Position numbers and translations under genes: made by a program. The notes under the pieces were generated by a model. The model saw only the letters and a program-made list of their open reading frames with translations, was not told the origin of the DNA and did not search any database. Of a stretch of 64,000 bases of DNA, positions 61,701-64,000 are shown in pieces. The stretch lies in NCBI GenBank assembly GCA_963845565.1, contig CAWJSJ010000004.1, positions 192,001 through 256,000 on the forward strand, in the 5' to 3' direction. Every line of letters begins with the position of its first letter. Within the stretch, counting starts at the first letter, position 1. The stretch is from an uncultured Methylomirabilota bacterium (GTDB lineage: Bacteria; Methylomirabilota; Methylomirabilia; Methylomirabilales; 2-02-FULL-66-22).

Positions 61701-63106
61701 AGCGGATCAAGATCCTGGTCATCGACGACGACGAGAGCCTGCGGCGCGTGCTGGAATACAACCTGGCCCAGGAGGGGTACGCCGTTCTCACGGCGGCGAG
61801 CGGCGCGCAGGGGCTGGAGCTCCTCAAGAAGGAGGGGGCGGACCTGGTGCTGACCGACGTGCGGATGCCCGGCATGAGCGGTCTCCAGGTGATGGAGGAG
61901 GTCCGCAAGCTGGACGCCAAGATCCAGGTCATCATCCTCACGGCGTTCGGCACCATCGAGACGGCCGTGGAGGCCATGAAAGCGGGCGCTTTCCACTACA
62001 TCAGCAAGCCGTTCAACCGCGACGAGCTGAAATTGACCATTCGCAAGGCGCTGGATCTGGAGGCGCTGCAGCGCGAGAATGTGGTCCTGCGTCAGGCGCT
62101 GAAGTCGCGCAGCGACGTGGACAGCATCGTGGCCGACAGCCCGGGGATGCGGCAGATCGTGGAAATGATCCGGCGGGTGGCCCCCACCGAGACGACGGTC
62201 TTGGTCCTGGGGGAGAGCGGCACCGGGAAAGAGCTGGTGGCGCGCGCCATCCACGGGCTGTCTTCGCGCTCCCGCGGTCCCTTCGTCGCCGTCAACTGCG
62301 CCGCGATCCCAGAGAACTTGCTGGAGAGCGAGCTCTTCGGCCACGTCAAGGGGTCGTTCACGGGGGCGATCCGGGACCGGATGGGGAAGTTCGAGGCGGC
62401 GGACGGCGGGAGCATCTTCCTGGACGAGATCGGCGAGATGCGGCCGGAGCTGCAGGTGAAGATCCTGCGCTCGCTGGAGGAGCGCACCGTGGAGCGCGTC
62501 GGGGACAATCGCCCCATCCGGGTGGACGTACGGGTGCTGGCCGCCACCAACAAGGACCTCACCAAGGCCATCGAGGCCGGGGAGTTCCGGGAAGACCTGT
62601 ACTACCGACTGAACGTGGTGCCGCTCTCCATCCCGCCGCTCCGTGAGCGGCGGGAGGACATCCGGGCGCTCACGCAGCACTTCCTGAAGAGCCTGGGCGC
62701 GCCGCTCCGCCTGACCATCGCGCCCGACGCCTTTCGCGCGCTGGAGACGTACGAGTGGCCCGGCAACGTGCGCGAATTGGAGAACGCCCTGGAGCGATCG
62801 CTGATCTTCCACCGGGGCGACGTCATCACGGTGAGCGATTTGCCGGAGACGATCCGGTCGCCCAAGACCAAGGAATCGGCGGCCCTCGCCGTCAGCCTGC
62901 CTGAGGCGGGGCTCTCGCTCGAGGTGGTGGAGAAGGAGTTGATCCTGCGGGCTCTCCAGAAGCACGATTGGAACCAGTCCCGCGCGGCGCGGTATCTGGG
63001 CATCACGCGGCACACGCTCTTGTACCGGATGGACAAGCACGGCATCGCGCGGCCGGGCGGCCGTGGCGGCGCCGGAGAGGACGCGGAGCCGAAAGCTGAG
63101 AGCTGA
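61697..63106 (+). CDS. sigma54-dependent response regulator (NtrC/AtoC family)
   Basis: receiver domain, GESGTGKE, GSFTGA, WPGNVREL, Fis HTH. Confidence 0.95.
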   Translation: MKRIKILVIDDDESLRRVLEYNLAQEGYAVLTAASGAQGLELLKKEGADLVLTDVRMPGMSGLQVMEEVRKLDAKIQVIILTAFGTIETAVEAMKAGAFHYISKPFNRDELKLTIRKALDLEALQRENVVLRQALKSRSDVDSIVADSPGMRQIVEMIRRVAPTETTVLVLGESGTGKELVARAIHGLSSRSRGPFVAVNCAAIPENLLESELFGHVKGSFTGAIRDRMGKFEAADGGSIFLDEIGEMRPELQVKILRSLEERTVERVGDNRPIRVDVRVLAATNKDLTKAIEAGEFREDLYYRLNVVPLSIPPLRERREDIRALTQHFLKSLGAPLRLTIAPDAFRALETYEWPGNVRELENALERSLIFHRGDVITVSDLPETIRSPKTKESAALAVSLPEAGLSLEVVEKELILRALQKHDWNQSRAARYLGITRHTLLYRMDKHGIARPGGRGGAGEDAEPKAES

Positions 63107-63187
63107 GAACCAGAAGGAGAACAGCAGAGGTCAGAGGACAGAGATCAGACAACCGACAACCGACAACCGAGAACAGGGGACAGCGGT
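63095..63187. repeat. degenerate heptamer array (AGCTGAG, CAGAGGN, ACAACCG)
   Basis: 7-nt periodicity including (ACAACCG)3. Confidence 0.65.
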
Positions 63188-63236
63188 CGGAGCCGGAGGC
63201 CGACAGCCAACGGCGAGCGGCCAAAGAGCACGCGCC

Positions 63237-64000
63237 ATGAAAACGCCACAGCACGCCCCTCACCCCCCCAAGTCGGTCCTGATCGCCGATAACGATCTGC
63301 TCATCCTGGAAGTCGTGAGCGATTTCTTGCGCGCCAGCGGGTTCCAGGTCTCGGTTGCGCACGACGGCCTGGAGGCGCTGGAGCTCTGCCGCAAGGAGCG
63401 GCCGGATTTCGTGATCCTGGATGTCGTGATGCCCAAGATCGACGGGGCGCGGGCGTGCTGGCTGATCCGGCAAGATCCCGCGCTTCGCAACACGCCCATC
63501 ATCGCCTTCTCTTCTTTGAGCCCGCAGGATTTCCGCAACTTCCCCGAGCTCAGCGCCGATGCGTATGTGGCCAAGGGGGCGATGCCCATCACGTGCGAAC
63601 ACATCCTCCAGGCGATCCGGAAGCTCGAGGAGAACGTGGAGCGGCCGTCCATGGACAGCGGCGTGGTCGGATACAAGGACGTCCGGCCGCGACGCATGAT
63701 CCAGGAGATGCTCGACGAGCGGCGTCACTACGCCAACGTGCTGCGTGCCCTCGGCGCGGGAGTTTTGGAGCTCGACCCCAGCGGCCGCATCTTCATGGCC
63801 AATCCCGGGGCGTGTCGCATTCTGAAGGCGAAAGAGTTCCACCTGGTCGGAGAGCCTCTGACCGCGTTCGTCTCGGTGCAGGATCGGCAGACCCTGCAGG
63901 ATCTCTTCGGAGAGTTCGCCGCGGCGATCGAGCCGCAGCAATGCCGGCTCGACGTGCGGCTCGGCGACGCCACCATCCCCCTCCGCCTCTGCGCCATCAT
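63237..64000 (+). CDS. receiver-domain plus PAS-like signalling protein, truncated by the window edge
   Basis: SVLIADND, DGLEALE, ILDVVMPKIDG, then LDPSGRIFMANPGA; absent from the ORF track because no stop codon is reached. Confidence 0.85.
   Translation, partial: MKTPQHAPHPPKSVLIADNDLLILEVVSDFLRASGFQVSVAHDGLEALELCRKERPDFVILDVVMPKIDGARACWLIRQDPALRNTPIIAFSSLSPQDFRNFPELSADAYVAKGAMPITCEHILQAIRKLEENVERPSMDSGVVGYKDVRPRRMIQEMLDERRHYANVLRALGAGVLELDPSGRIFMANPGACRILKAKEFHLVGEPLTAFVSVQDRQTLQDLFGEFAAAIEPQQCRLDVRLGDATIPLRLCAI

Overview
High-GC bacterial chromosomal window, mostly coding, with no rRNA, tRNA, CRISPR array or intact transposase seen. Left to right: (1) an accessory edge (1-5.5 kb) with RelE/HigA-like and MNT-HEPN toxin-antitoxin pairs, gene remnants, a TPR protein and a DUF2779-like nuclease; (2) gluconolactonase, peptidases, a sugar ABC transporter, HU, glgB and an amidase; (3) a GntR / D-2-hydroxyacid dehydrogenase / Liv-type ABC / DRE-TIM synthase cluster; (4) rmlC, a GDT1-MntP fusion, TolC and TetR; (5) a metal-homeostasis island (35-45 kb): DtxR/MntR regulator, membrane-anchored DtxR-FeoA-FeoA protein, split FeoB, P1B ATPase, MntH, USP, and a redoxin that the ORF track splits in two but that reads as a UxxC selenoprotein with an in-frame UGA and a SECIS-like hairpin; (6) mrpABCDEFG; (7) a LysW-type lysWXYZJK operon interrupted by hicAB; (8) a RodZ-like gene and two-component genes. 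Two dispersed MITE/REP-like families, heptamer repeats and several long structured intergenic segments are present. Several single-base frameshifts look like sequencing errors. All family calls come from recognising motifs by eye; no searches were run.
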